Origin: Octopus sinensis
Taxonomy: Eukaryota
Assembly (NCBI RefSeq): GCF_006345805.1
Contig: NC_043025.1
Coordinates: forward strand, 12,400,001 to 12,464,000
DNA length: 64,000 bases
Reading direction: 5' to 3'
The notes beneath the pieces were generated by a model. It was given only the letters and a program-made list of their open reading frames with translations, ran no database searches and had not been told where the DNA came from. The translations under genes and the position numbers were made by a program. Shown in pieces: positions 1 to 11,111 of this stretch (positions are counted from its first letter, which is position 1; every line of letters starts with the position of its first letter).

Positions 1-161
1 GGGTTGGACGATTTGACTGAGGACTGGCAATCCAGATGGCTGCACCAGACTCCAGTCTGATCTGGCAGAGTTTCTACAGCTGGATGCCCTTCCTAACGCC
101 AACCATTCCACGAGTGTAGTGGGTGCTTTTTACATGCCACCAGCACGGGGGCCAGTCAGAA

Positions 162-393
162 GGCGGTGAGCTGGCAGAACCGTTAGCACGCCGGGCGAAA
201 TGCGTAGCCGTATTTCGTCTGCCGCTACGTTCTGAGTTCAAATTCCGCCGAGGTCGACTTTGCCATTCATCCTTTCGGGGTCGATAATTTAAGTACCTGT
301 TACGCACTGGGGTCGATGTAATCGACTTAATCCGTTTGTCTGTCCTTGTTTGTCCTCTCTGTGTTTAGCCCCTTGTGGGTAGTAAAGAAATAG
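162..393 (+). mobile_element. SINE family B, representative copy; often present as tandem arrays
   Basis: Head ggcggcgagctggcagaa...gagttcaaattcc and core actttgcctttcatcctttcggggtcgataaattaagtacc. Confidence 0.88.
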
Positions 394-1002
394 GTACTGG
401 CAACAACCTCCCTCGAATTTTTACACATGGGCCAGTCAGGCGGTACTGGCAACGACCCCGCTCGAACTTTTACACATGGGCCAGTCAGGCGGTACTGGCA
501 ACGACCTCGCTCGAACCTTTACACATGGGCCAGTCAGGCAGTACTGGCAACGACCTTTTCCTGATGATATCTGAAAAGAAACAGCAATTTCGGCAAAACA
601 TATTAAGCAACACTAATAATAAATCAAAAACCACAAAAATAAACAAACTTTTGACGGTTTTATAGACATTTCAAAATTACGATGCTACGATGCTAGTTGT
701 TTCCATTATTTTGTCCAACCTCTGTATGTGTCAGTCCACATATCGATTCGGTTAGTTAATATTTACCCAGCAGTAAAATATCCACAACACTGACAGCCCA
801 GACAGAGCATTACAAATAAGTACATCGGTAGGTCTACGTTTCAGAGGTGGACTTTGACCTCTCCCACTACACCTTTTTTTTTCGGGTTTTCGTTGAGGAC
901 TAACCTTGTGACCTGGCTCTCTCGCAGTTATTGTCGGAGTCTTTGTGAACTTTATTGAACGCCAGCACAAAAGAAATAAAACAGCAGGTTTACATAACTC
1001 AC

Positions 1003-1118
1003 CCAGCGTCAGACGTAACGACCTTTTTCCATTCATTAAATAGACGTCCGCGAGTTTTTGAATGAAAGACAACATAGATACGACGTGCGAAGGGCATCAC
1101 TCATTATTCTTCATACGT
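1003..1118 (-). other. Candidate exon of a further gene running off the left edge
   Basis: Acceptor tatttcag| at 1119 and strong donor GCTGG|gtgagt. Two open frames: MPFARRIYVVFHSKTRGRLFNEWKKVVTSDA and MLSFIQKLADVYLMNGKRSLRLTL. No homology recognised. Confidence 0.3.
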
Positions 1119-1978
1119 CTGAAATATATATATATATATTTTCCTTCTTAAATATCTTTATTTTCCTTTCGGCTGTTAATGCTAGTCTGGGTTTCATGTG
1201 AGGTGAATAGGTGAGTCTCAGAATTTCTATATCTCTTTCTTGACTCACTCCAAACTAACTTTTTTAAACTTCGAAATAAATATAACACACTTTGGCGATC
1301 TTTCGTCTCTAGTAGACCTTTCCGTCGATTTCCGTAAAAAATTTTTTTTTTTTTTTACATATGGGCTTGCGGAAACTTTTGAAGTAATATACATACATAT
1401 ACACATACACCGAGTAAAAAATTCCAGTTATCTCTCTCTTTCACACATTACTCTGTCTCTTCACACACACTAACAGAAGCACTTCACTTACACAACATAC
1501 TGTCTGTCTCCCACACCCCATCAAACACACACACACACACACACATGTACATCAATGCTTGCCATGCACGGTAACTTCAAAAGAACTTCCCTCGTCATAC
1601 AATCGCTTTCTCTTAGTCTCTTTCGCTCTCATTACTTCAAAAGTTCCCGCAAGCCCATATGTAAAAAAGAAAAAAAATTTTTTACGGAAATCGACGGAAA
1701 GGTCTACTAGAGACGAAAGATCGCCCTCGGATATTTTCTGTTTGATGGACGGAATTTTCTAGTTAACTAAACAATTTGAAACTTCGTATACTGGTAGAAT
1801 GTGTCAAAAGAAAACATTTTTGTAAACAAAATTGAAAACAAAATTGTAATTTGTAACTTAAACGTAGTTTAATTTTACTCTTCTTTCTCTACATCACTTC
1901 CTGGTGATGGCCATGGTGGGGAATTTTTTCAAGATTATTGCCTTGCTCATTTTCCGCCTATGTAGCTCTGTTGGCTGT

Positions 1979-2275
1979 GGAGGCACATGGCCTAGTGGTT
2001 AGAGCAGCGGATTCGCGGTCGAGGGATCGCGGGTTCGAATCTCAGACCGGGCGATGTGTGTGTTTATGAGCGAAAACACCTAAGCTCCACGCGGCTCCGG
2101 CAGAAGGTAATGGCGAACTTCTGCTGACTCTTTCGCCACAACTTTCTCTCACTCTTTCCTCCTGCATCTTGCAGCTCACCTGCGACGGACCGGCGTCCCG
2201 TCCAGGTGGGGAACCTATACGCCAAGGAAACCGGGAAACCGGCCCTTATGAGCCAGGCATGGCTCGAGAAGGAAC
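1979..2275 (+). mobile_element. tRNA-derived SINE (minor family)
   Basis: A box tggcctagtgg and B box ggttcgaatc, followed by a non-tRNA body. Confidence 0.75.
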
Positions 2276-2321
2276 CGTGTTGGCTATCCTCGGTCGACCT
2301 GCAAGTCACTAAATTGTCTTT

Positions 2322-2970
2322 GGTACTACTTAAGAACACTGGTCCCGGTGCGCGCACTCGTGCATCCGCGCTAGCTAGTCGTGAATAGTCGATCCTTACT
2401 TTGTGTTTTTGTGTTATTTACTTTGTTTTTAAAAAATTATTTACTTTACTGTTTTACTTGTTTCAGTCATTTGACTGCTGCCATGCTGGAGCACCGCCTT
2501 TAATCGAGCAAATCGACCCTGGGACTTATTCTTTGTAAGCCCAGTACTTATTCTATCGGTCTCTTTTGCCGAACTGCTAAGTGACGGGGACGTAAACACA
2601 CCAGCATCAGTTATCAAGCAATGCTAGGGGGACAAACACACACACACAAACACACATATATATATACATATATATGACAGGCTTCTTTCAGTTTCCGTCT
2701 ACCAAATCCACTTACAAGGCATTGGTCGGCCCGAGACTATAGCAGAAGACACTTGCCCAAGGTGTCACGCAGTGGGACTGAACCCGGAACCATGTGGTTG
2801 GTAAACAAGCTTCTTACCACACAGCCACGCCTGGTGTAAAAAAATTATTTATTTTGTGTTTTATTTACTTTGATAAATAGTCGTTGTACGATCGACTAGT
2901 CACAACTAGCTAGCGCAGATGCGCAAGTACACGAGTGCGCACACCGGGACCACTCTTCTTAAGTGATACC
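2322..2970. mobile_element. Mutator-like MITE with nested SINE
   Basis: Perfect 9-bp TSD ATTGTCTTT (2313-21, 2971-79). TIRs of ~80 bp beginning GGTA. SINE inserted at ~2449-2835. Confidence 0.8.
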
Positions 2971-5520
2971 ATTGTCTTTCCATTGGAGTTCTTTGCTCGG
3001 TACCTCATTGACGGGTGTACTCCAAGTGCTATTTCCAAATTAGTTAACTCATCACCAGAAGTTATTATACTCCGGTTAATATTATCAGCACACATTTTTT
3101 GTTTCTTAATATTTGTTGAATATACATTGCATTAGATCATCATCATCATCGCTTAGTGTCCGCTTTCCATGCTAGCATGAGTTGGATGGTTCAACTGGGG
3201 TCTGGGAAGCCAGAAGGCTGCACCAGGCCCAGTTTGATCTGGCAGTGTTTCTACAGCTGGATGCCCTTCCCAATGCCAACCACTCCGAGAGTGTAGTGGG
3301 TGCTTTTTACGTGCCGCCTACACAGGTGCCAGACGAGGCTGGCAAACGGCCACGATCGGATGATGCTTTTTACGTGCCAGCAGCACAGGTGCCAGACAAG
3401 GCTGGCAAACGGCCATGATCGGATGGTGCTTTTTATGTGCCACCGGCACGGGGACCAGACGGCCACGGACGGATGGTGCTTTTTACGTGCCAGACGAGGC
3501 TGGCAGATGGCCACGGTCGGATGGTGCTTTTTACGTGCCACCAGCACAGGTGCCAGGCGAAGCTGGCAAACGGCCACGATCGGATGGTGCTTTTTACGTG
3601 CCACCGGCACAGGTGCCAGACGAGGCTGGCAAACAGCCAGGATCGGATGGTGCTTTTTACATACTACTGGCACGGGGACCAGACGAAGTTAGCAAACGGT
3701 CACGGTCGGATGGTGTTTTTTCCGTGCCACCAGCACAGGGACCAGACGAAGCTGGCAAACGGCCACGGACGGATGGTGCTTTTTACGTGCCACCGGCATA
3801 GGGGCCAGGCAGGGCTGGCAGACGGCCACGGTTGGATGGTGCTTTTTACATGTCACCGGCACAGGTGCCAGACGAGGCTGGCAAATGGCCACAAGACAAT
3901 TTCTGTTTCAATCCTGTGACTCAGTGTTTAGGTTTAGTGCTCGGATTCTATACGGTTGATTGTGTGAATTTTCCGAGCACTCCCCCACCAGTTTGTCAGC
4001 GTGCATTCCACCCCCCCTTATTTTCCTTTAATATATGGTGCATTACAACTGTTACACATTTTCCTTTCCATTTTTCCCACCGGGTGTGGATTTAGATATT
4101 CTTTTTTCTTTTTTATTCTTTTACTTGTTTCAGTCATTTGACTGCGGCCATGCTGGAGCACCGCCTTTAGTCGAGCAAATCGACCCCAGGACTTATTCTT
4201 TTGTAAGCCCAGTACTTATTCTACCGGTCTCTTTTGCCGAACTGCTAAGTGATGGGGACGTAAACACACCAGCATCGGTTGTCAAGCAATGCTAGGGGGA
4301 CAAACACAGACATACAAACACACACATACACATATATCATCATCATCGTTTAACATCCGTTCTCCATGCTAGCATAGGTTGGACGGTTCGACCGGGGATC
4401 TGGGAAGCCAGAAGGCTGCACCAGGCTCCGGTCTTATCTGGCAATGTTTCTACAGCTGGATGCCCTTCCTAACGCCAACCACTCCGTGAGTGTAGTGGGT
4501 GCTTTTTACGTGCCACCTGCACTGGTGCCAGGCGAGGCTGGCATCGGCCACGGTCGGATTGGTGCATTTTACGTGCCACCTGCACCTATATATATATATA
4601 GATATATACGATGGGCTTCTTTCAGTTTCCGTCTACCAAATCCACTCACAAGGCATTGGTCGGCCCGGGGCTATAGCAGAAGACACTTGCCCAACATTCC
4701 ACGCAGTGGGACTGAACCCGGAACCATGTGGTTGGTTAGCAAGCTACTTACCACACAGCCACTTAACCTAGATGCCTGTGCGCATGATGTAACAAGGGTC
4801 TTTCGAAGGCGGCGAGCTGGCAGAAACGTTAGCACACCAGGCGAAATGCGTAGCTGTATTTCGTTTGTCTTTATGTTCTGAGTTCAAATTCCACCGTCAT
4901 CTAAATCAATGAAATTGAACTTTGAACCTTTTTCTGATAATAAAGTCCTTTGAAACTATTAGATGTGCCCTTTATTTCTCTATCTTTTGGGCTCTTATCT
5001 AAATCGAAGCTAACACTCCAAAATATATGGTGTTTTTACGTTCGGCTAAATAATCGACAATTAATTGCAATTATTGATTGGTCTGTATCCCAATTAAAAT
5101 CAATTGATTGCTAGCATGGGTTGGATGATTTTGACTGAGGACTGGCGAACCAGATGGCTGCACCAGACTCCAATCTGATCTGGCAGAGTTTCTCCAGGTG
5201 GAGGCCCTTCCTAACGCCAACCACTCCGAGAGTGTAGTGGGTGCTTTTACGTGCCACCAGCACGGGGGCCAGTCAGGCGATACTGCCAACGAGGCGGTGA
5301 GCTGGCAGAAACGTTAGCACGCTGGGCGAAATGCTTAGTGGTATTTCGTCTGCGTTACGTTGTGAGTTCAAATTCCGCCGAGGTCGACTTTGCCTTTCAT
5401 CCTTTCGGGGTCGATGTAATCGACTTAATACCTATATCTGTCCTTGTTTGTCCCTTCTGTGTTTAGCCCCTTGTGGGTAATAAAGAAATAGGTACTACCA
5501 ACGACCTCACTCAAATTTTT

Positions 5521-5999
5521 ACACATGGGCCAGTCAGGCGGTACTGGCAACGACCTCCCTCGAATTTTTACACATGGGCCAGTCAGGCGGTACTGGCAAC
5601 GACCTCGCTCGAATTTTTACACATGGGCCAGTCAGGCGGTACTGGCAACGACCTCGCTCGAATTTTTACACATGGGCCAGTCAGGCGGTACTGGCAACGA
5701 CCTCGCTCGAATTTTTACACATGGGCCAGTCAGGCGGCACGGCACGACCTCGCTCAAATTTTTACACATGGGCCAGTCAGGCGGTACTGGCAACGACCTC
5801 GCTCAAATTTTTACACATGGGCCAGTCAGGCGGTACTGGCAACGACCTCGCTCAAATTTTTACACATGGGCCAGTCAGGCGGTACTGGCAACGACCTCGC
5901 TCAAATTTTTACACATGGGCCAGTCAGGCGGTACTGGCAACGACCTCGCTCGAATTTTTACACATGGGCCACTCAGGCGGTACTGGCAACGACCTCACT
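5521..5999. repeat. 49-bp minisatellite, ~10 copies, grown from a SINE segment
   Basis: Unit acacatgggccagtcaggcggtactggcaacgacctcgctc(g/a)aattttt. Confidence 0.9.
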
Positions 6000-6060
6000 T
6001 GAATGGTGCTTTTTATATGCTACCTGCACAGGAGCCAGTCAAGCGGCACTGGCAATGACC

Positions 6061-6475
6061 TCTCTTTTACTCTTTTACTTGTTTCAGTCATTTGACTGCG
6101 ACCATGCTGGAGCACTGCCTTTAGTCGAGCAAATCGACCCCAGGACTTATTCTTTGTAAGCCCAGTACTTATTCTATCGGTCTCTTTTGCTGAACCGCTA
6201 AGTTACGGGGACGTAAACACACCAGCATCGGTTGTCAAGCAATGCTAGGGGTACAAACACAGACACACAAACACACACACACGCATACATATATATATAT
6301 ATACATATATACGACAGGCTTCTTTCAGTTTCCGTCTACCAAATCCACTCACAAGGCATTGGTCGGCCTGGGGCTATAGCAGAAGACACTTGCCCAAGGT
6401 GCCACACAGTGGGACTGAACCCGGAACCATGTAGTTGTTTAGCAAGCTACTTACCACACAGCCACTCCTGCGCCT
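6061..6475 (-). mobile_element. SINE family A, representative full-length copy; other copies include 10261-10712, 26751-27151, 39515-39911 and 40095-40480
   Basis: Head ggcgcaggagtggctgtgtggtaagtagc, internal (TA)/(TG) tract, tail gtaaaagagtaaaagag. Many copies in the window. Confidence 0.9.
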
Positions 6476-6802
6476 AATGCTTTTACGCGTGCCACCAGCA
6501 CAAGTGTCAGTAAGGCGACACAGGTGGCACTTGTGCTGGTGGCACGTTGTGTGTTTGCTAATCCCTCTTTAAAACGTTGTTTCTTATTATTTGCTGAATT
6601 GAGAAATTTTTTTTTTTTGCTTCTTTCTTATGGTAGAGATGATCCACCATCGATAGAGAAAGCGGGTGTGAGAAGAGGAACAACAACACGGTTATAGCAA
6701 CAGCAAATACGACAACAACAACAACAATAGCAGCAACTACAAAACCAGCAACAAAATCAACAACCGTAACATCAACAACAACAACAACAAAAAGAGAAAG
6801 CA

Positions 6803-8113
6803 ATGGCTGTGCGAGTAGAGTGTTATCCTGAAGAAGCTCTTATCGACCAAGTAATCTCTATTCAGGTATTGAACCTGGTACCCTGTAGTTCGGTCACCGT
6901 CAGTGCCTGGGTAGAGCAGAATGGTAAACACTTTGGTTCATATGGCCATTACACAGCTTCAGAGAATGGTCGTGTAGATTTGAGCAAAGAGTGTGCAGAA
7001 CCTTCTGGCATGTATGTTGGTGTGGAGTCCATGGGGCTTTTCTGGAGCATGGTGTCTGTCCCGGGACAGCGGAGTGGTCAGCGACTTTTCCAGAGTGAAG
7101 CGAGTAAACCTCTCGCTTTTGAGATACGTGTGTATGAAGGTCGGTTGTCTTGGGATGATCTGTGGGTGGAGGCGTTTGAAGATGAGAGTGGTATAAAGGT
7201 TGGTTGCAGTGAGGAGAAACTCCTGGCTAGGAAGATAGTCCTGCGCTCGTATAAGGGTCCGGATGTGAGTCGAATTGTGGTGGAAACAGGACGTATCCGA
7301 GGAACACTGTTTATCCCGGCTGGCTTGCGGCATGGCGAGACACGTCCTGGGGTGATTGATATGTTTGGTTCCCGTGGTGGGTTGCTAGAAATGAGGGCTG
7401 CACTTCTTGCGTCCCATGGGTTTGTTGCCATGGCCCTGGGTTATTTCCTGTACAAAGATCTGCCGACTGAATTAAGCTTTGAATATGAGTACTTTGAGGA
7501 AGCAGCGCAATGGTTGCAGAGCCAACCTAATGTGGCCCCTGGTGGAATTGGCATGGTTGGTGTGTCACTTGGGGCACAGATCAGCGTCTACATGGGGCTA
7601 AACTGTCCACTTGTGAAATCAGCCATTGGTATAGGCCATCCACCGACATTCGGCGTCGGGACAAAATTTACAAAGGCTGGACAAATCGTCCCTTCCCAGA
7701 GTTTACAGAACATAGTTATAGTGAACCACAAGGATGATATGAAATCAATGCAAATGGATTTTGAACTAGAGAAGTACTTCTCATTTAATACCAGTCATAC
7801 GTCCCCTTTACTGTTCATCGTTGGCTCGGAGGACACGATGGTAAAGGCATCCGATGTTACCAAGTGGTTAGACACCTTGAGTGACTCTGACCGGTCAATG
7901 GTAGAAGTGGCCGTTTACCAAGGTGCTGGTCATCTCATAGAACCACCCCATGCCCCACTCTGCGCTATCTCATATCACAAGTCGCTTAGAGGGTTAATGA
8001 ATTACGGCGGCACGACTAAGCCGCATGCTGTGGCACAGGAGGAGTCGTGGAAACGGATAAGAGACTTTTTGTGGAATACACTTGGGAAAAGGTACACTAA
8101 ATGCCGTTTGTGA
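6803..8113 (+). CDS. ACOT: Acyl-CoA thioesterase / bile acid-CoA:amino acid N-acyltransferase family protein (type I ACOT), single-exon ORF, 436 aa
   Basis: Family motifs: PGVIDMFGSRGGLLEMRAALLASHGF, nucleophile elbow GVSLG, candidate catalytic Asp in GSED, GAGHLIEPPHAPLC (catalytic His). Ends in -CRL. No introns. Paralog identity cannot be determined. Confidence 0.93.
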   Translation: MAVRVECYPEEALIDQVISIQVLNLVPCSSVTVSAWVEQNGKHFGSYGHYTASENGRVDLSKECAEPSGMYVGVESMGLFWSMVSVPGQRSGQRLFQSEASKPLAFEIRVYEGRLSWDDLWVEAFEDESGIKVGCSEEKLLARKIVLRSYKGPDVSRIVVETGRIRGTLFIPAGLRHGETRPGVIDMFGSRGGLLEMRAALLASHGFVAMALGYFLYKDLPTELSFEYEYFEEAAQWLQSQPNVAPGGIGMVGVSLGAQISVYMGLNCPLVKSAIGIGHPPTFGVGTKFTKAGQIVPSQSLQNIVIVNHKDDMKSMQMDFELEKYFSFNTSHTSPLLFIVGSEDTMVKASDVTKWLDTLSDSDRSMVEVAVYQGAGHLIEPPHAPLCAISYHKSLRGLMNYGGTTKPHAVAQEESWKRIRDFLWNTLGKRYTKCRL

Positions 8114-8904
8114 ACCCCCCCCCCAAAAAAAAAAACAATAACTTTAATACTAGTGGTGGTGGCGGTGGTAACAATAGTGGTTTTCTGTTCTAACGAGAAA
8201 CTCAGGTAAAAACATGTGCCTTCGTGCTCAAAGGCATACAGAGATTTGAACACTCAGTCATTGTCTTGCCCCAAGTGATTATCTCCCTTGCTCTGACTGA
8301 AACTATTACAAGTGACAGAAATACAACACTTGGTCACTAGAATGCCTATGCATTTACAACAAAGGGACATACACAGTCTATGCGAAGATATATTATCTTC
8401 ATAATGGATTATTATATTCCAAACTTTCACTGGTTCATTTGCCAACACCATTATATATATATTATTAAAGTATATATATATTATTAAAGTATATATATTA
8501 TTAAAATATATATATTATTAAAGTATATATATATTATTAAAGTATATATATTATTAAAGTATATATATTATTAAAGAAGAATGGAACGTTTGTTAGGATA
8601 TAAAATTAATTTATTAACAAACTTTTTTTGTATTTTTTTTTACCCTTGTACTAACTACTATTTTATTTTTTAATATCATTTTATACATTATTAGCATATA
8701 CACACACAAAATAAATATATATTTCTTATTTTTCCGAGTCTACTGATGAAATCCAATCCATAAATATGTAACCTTCTCTATTATACTCAAGTCCCGATGA
8801 GATTCTAACCAACATTATTCAACATGCTTTTTTATTCATATTATTGGATTTATTCCAATGTTTGAATTTTCAATTATATATTGGATTGAATTGAAACGTA
8901 TGTA

Positions 8905-9361
8905 ATGATCTAGTGGGGCTATATCTTGGCAATCTCCTGGCCCAATGGTTTTCTTTCATGGCAGAAGTAATAGTCAAGACTATTTAAGCATTTTATCTGA
9001 TCAAATTCAAATTCAAATTCGTCCTATGGTTGTAGAACTGTTTCCAGAGGGAAACGCAATCTTTCAGAATGATAATGCACCAATTCACACAGCTGAAGTT
9101 GTTACTGAATGGCACGAGGAATATTCTAGTGAAGTTGAACATCTTATCTGGCCACCACGGTCCCAAGATCTCAATATTATTGAACATTTATGGTGTATTT
9201 TAGAAAAACAAGTAAGGAGTCGATATCTTTCACCATCACCACTACAAGAACTGGAAACTGTTTTAGCTGAAGAATGGACAAAAATTCCTTTGGAAATAAT
9301 TAAGACTTTGTATGAGTCCATACCTCGTAGAATTCAAGCTGTAATTACTGGCAAAGGTGGG
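8905..9361 (+). mobile_element. Tc1-superfamily transposase C-terminal fragment with D36E spacing
   Basis: FQNDNAPIH...WPPRSQDLNIIEHLW...EEWTKIPLEIIKTLYESIPRRIQAVI. 36 residues lie between the second D and the E. Frameshifted at the 5' end. Confidence 0.9.
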
Positions 9362-9545
9362 AGTCCGGATGGCCCCTGTGCAAAGGCAGTCCGAACACAG
9401 ACAGATGTTTTAGTGACTGACCAGTAGAGCGGAAATGGCATGAGAGCAGGCTGTCATTGCCGAGTCTGATGTCTTGGAGGTACTCGGTGAACTGGTCAGC
9501 CAAGAGGCGTCCCATTTGACCGATGTACAGAGAAGGGCAGAAAGA
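9362..9545 (-). mobile_element. GIY-YIG endonuclease fragment of a Penelope-like retroelement
   Basis: CPSLYIGQMGRLLADQFTEYLQDI...SCHFRSTGQ matches the C..YIGQT.R.L..R..EH...HF pattern. Confidence 0.7.
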
Positions 9546-10722
9546 GAAAGAGGTCAGCAAATGACGTTGCTAGAGGTGCAGGTAAAGGAGTCGGTGATAT
9601 GATAGGGATGATGATGGATGCTTGTGAAAACATATATCTATGAATATATAATATGGCTTAAAAAAACATAATAAACTCACAAATATCCTTAACTCAGTTA
9701 TAGTCCAAAATTTAATTACCAAATTATTTAACTGAATAATCATTATTCATATTTTTAGATTTAAGTTCACATATAATAATTATAAAAATATTTAAAAAAT
9801 AATAACTAAATTATTGTCAACAAATATAGTGATTAAAATCTAAAATTTTAATTCGTATTTTTTATTGAATTTAAAATTAATTGTAATTGTAGCCATGAAT
9901 TGAATTATAGCCATGAAACGTATGTAGTGTTTTTACTTATTATATTATATTAAATTTTTTATACTTTTTGGTTAGTTTTTAAAAAAATTAATAAAATAAA
10001 AAAAAGTTTAAAATTTATAAATATAGATTTTAATAATTTTATATTTTATATATATTTTGTATATTATATTAATTTTATATTTATTTTTTATTTTTTGTTT
10101 TTAATGTTTTGGTTTGTGTTTTTCACTGTTTGAGTTGCCTATTAGGGGTTTTATCTCTAATTTAATTTATATTTATACCATAAAATTTGATTTAATCCTA
10201 AATCTAATCTTTCCCTGTAAGTTTAGAGATACTCCCTAATATTATATATTTATATATATAGGCGCAGGAGTGGCTGTGTGGTAAGTAGCTTGCTTACCAA
10301 CCACATGGTTCCGGGTTCAGTCCCACTGCGTGGCATCTTGGGCAAGTGTCTTCTACTATAGCCTCGGGCCGACCAAAGTCTTGTGAATGGATTTGGTAGA
10401 CGGAAACTGAAAGAAGCCGTCGTATATATATATATATGTGTGTGTGTGTATGTTTGTGTTTGTCCCCCTAGCATCGCTTGACAACCGATGCTGGTGTGTT
10501 TACGTCGCCGTCACTTAGCAGTTGTCCCCCTAGCATCGCTTGACAACCGATGCTGGTGTGTTTACGTCGCCGTCACTTAGCAGTTCGGCAAAAGAGACCA
10601 ATAGAATAAGTACTGGGCTTACAAAGAATAAGTCCCGGGGTCGATTTGCTCGACTAAAGGCGGTGCTCCAGCATGGCCGCAATCAAATGACTGAAAAAAA
10701 TAAAAGTAAAGATATATATATA

Positions 10723-10887
10723 TATATAATATCAAGATTAATCAGCCGAAATTGCTAAGATGATCTGGTTCTTGACTGATGACTGAGGGCTTTCGAATGT
10801 CCCGTCCTGTGGTTCTTGTGGTCGTCTCTGTGGTGTTTTTCATGTTCTTGTCCATGTCGTAATCATTTTTACTGTTACTGTTTACCT
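10723..10887. mobile_element. ~165-bp dispersed repeat in (TA)n; reverse-complement copy at ~16817-16957; possible Penelope terminal remnant
   Basis: The two copies align nearly end to end. Family assignment is inference. Confidence 0.45.
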
Positions 10888-10902
10888 ATATATATATATT
10901 AT

Positions 10903-11111
10903 ATAACAATTTAGGAATGGCCTAAACAGGCCATTCGTCCCCAGAAAGAGCAGCCAGAACTCCAACCGCCAAGTATGTAATTCGAAATAAGGTGAAAATT
11001 AAAAAACATTTAAATTTCACCTTATTTCCGAATTACACTACTTGGCGGTTGGAGTTCTGGCTGCTCTTTCTGGTGGACGAATGGCCGTTTTAGGCATTCC
11101 TAAATTGTTAT
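10903..11111. repeat. ~210-bp foldback palindrome
   Basis: Arms of ~100 bp with a few mismatches and a very short loop, flanked by (TA)n. Confidence 0.85.

Noticed and set aside
556-600. ctgatga...gaaa near 562 as a hammerhead
   Set aside because: No stem II, and no stem I or III pairing.
1979-2050. tRNA genes (also 38453-38525 and the SINE A/B heads)
   Set aside because: A and B boxes are present, but the acceptor stems do not close and the sequences continue into SINE bodies.
5521-5999. CRISPR-like appearance of short regular repeats
   Set aside because: Contiguous units with no unique spacers, eukaryotic context, and no cas genes.
3182-6159. Overlapping 100-230-aa ORFs with repeated peptides (also 13.5, 29.5 and 49.3 kb)
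   Set aside because: They arise from tandem units inside SINE-C, are open on both strands, and have no protein motifs.
6959-7431. Antisense ORFs over ACOT, and similar ones over the Makorin and phosphatase exons
   Set aside because: Shadow ORFs of GC-richer coding sequence, with no motifs or splice support.
9560-10250. AT-rich block as a mitochondrial insertion
   Set aside because: No recognisable mitochondrial ORF, tRNA or rRNA motif. It is more likely a degraded transposon, though a BLAST search would be needed to exclude it.
10770-10810. ctgatgactgagggctttcgaatgtc as a hammerhead
   Set aside because: GAAU instead of GAAA, weak stem II and no stem I. At most a decayed remnant.
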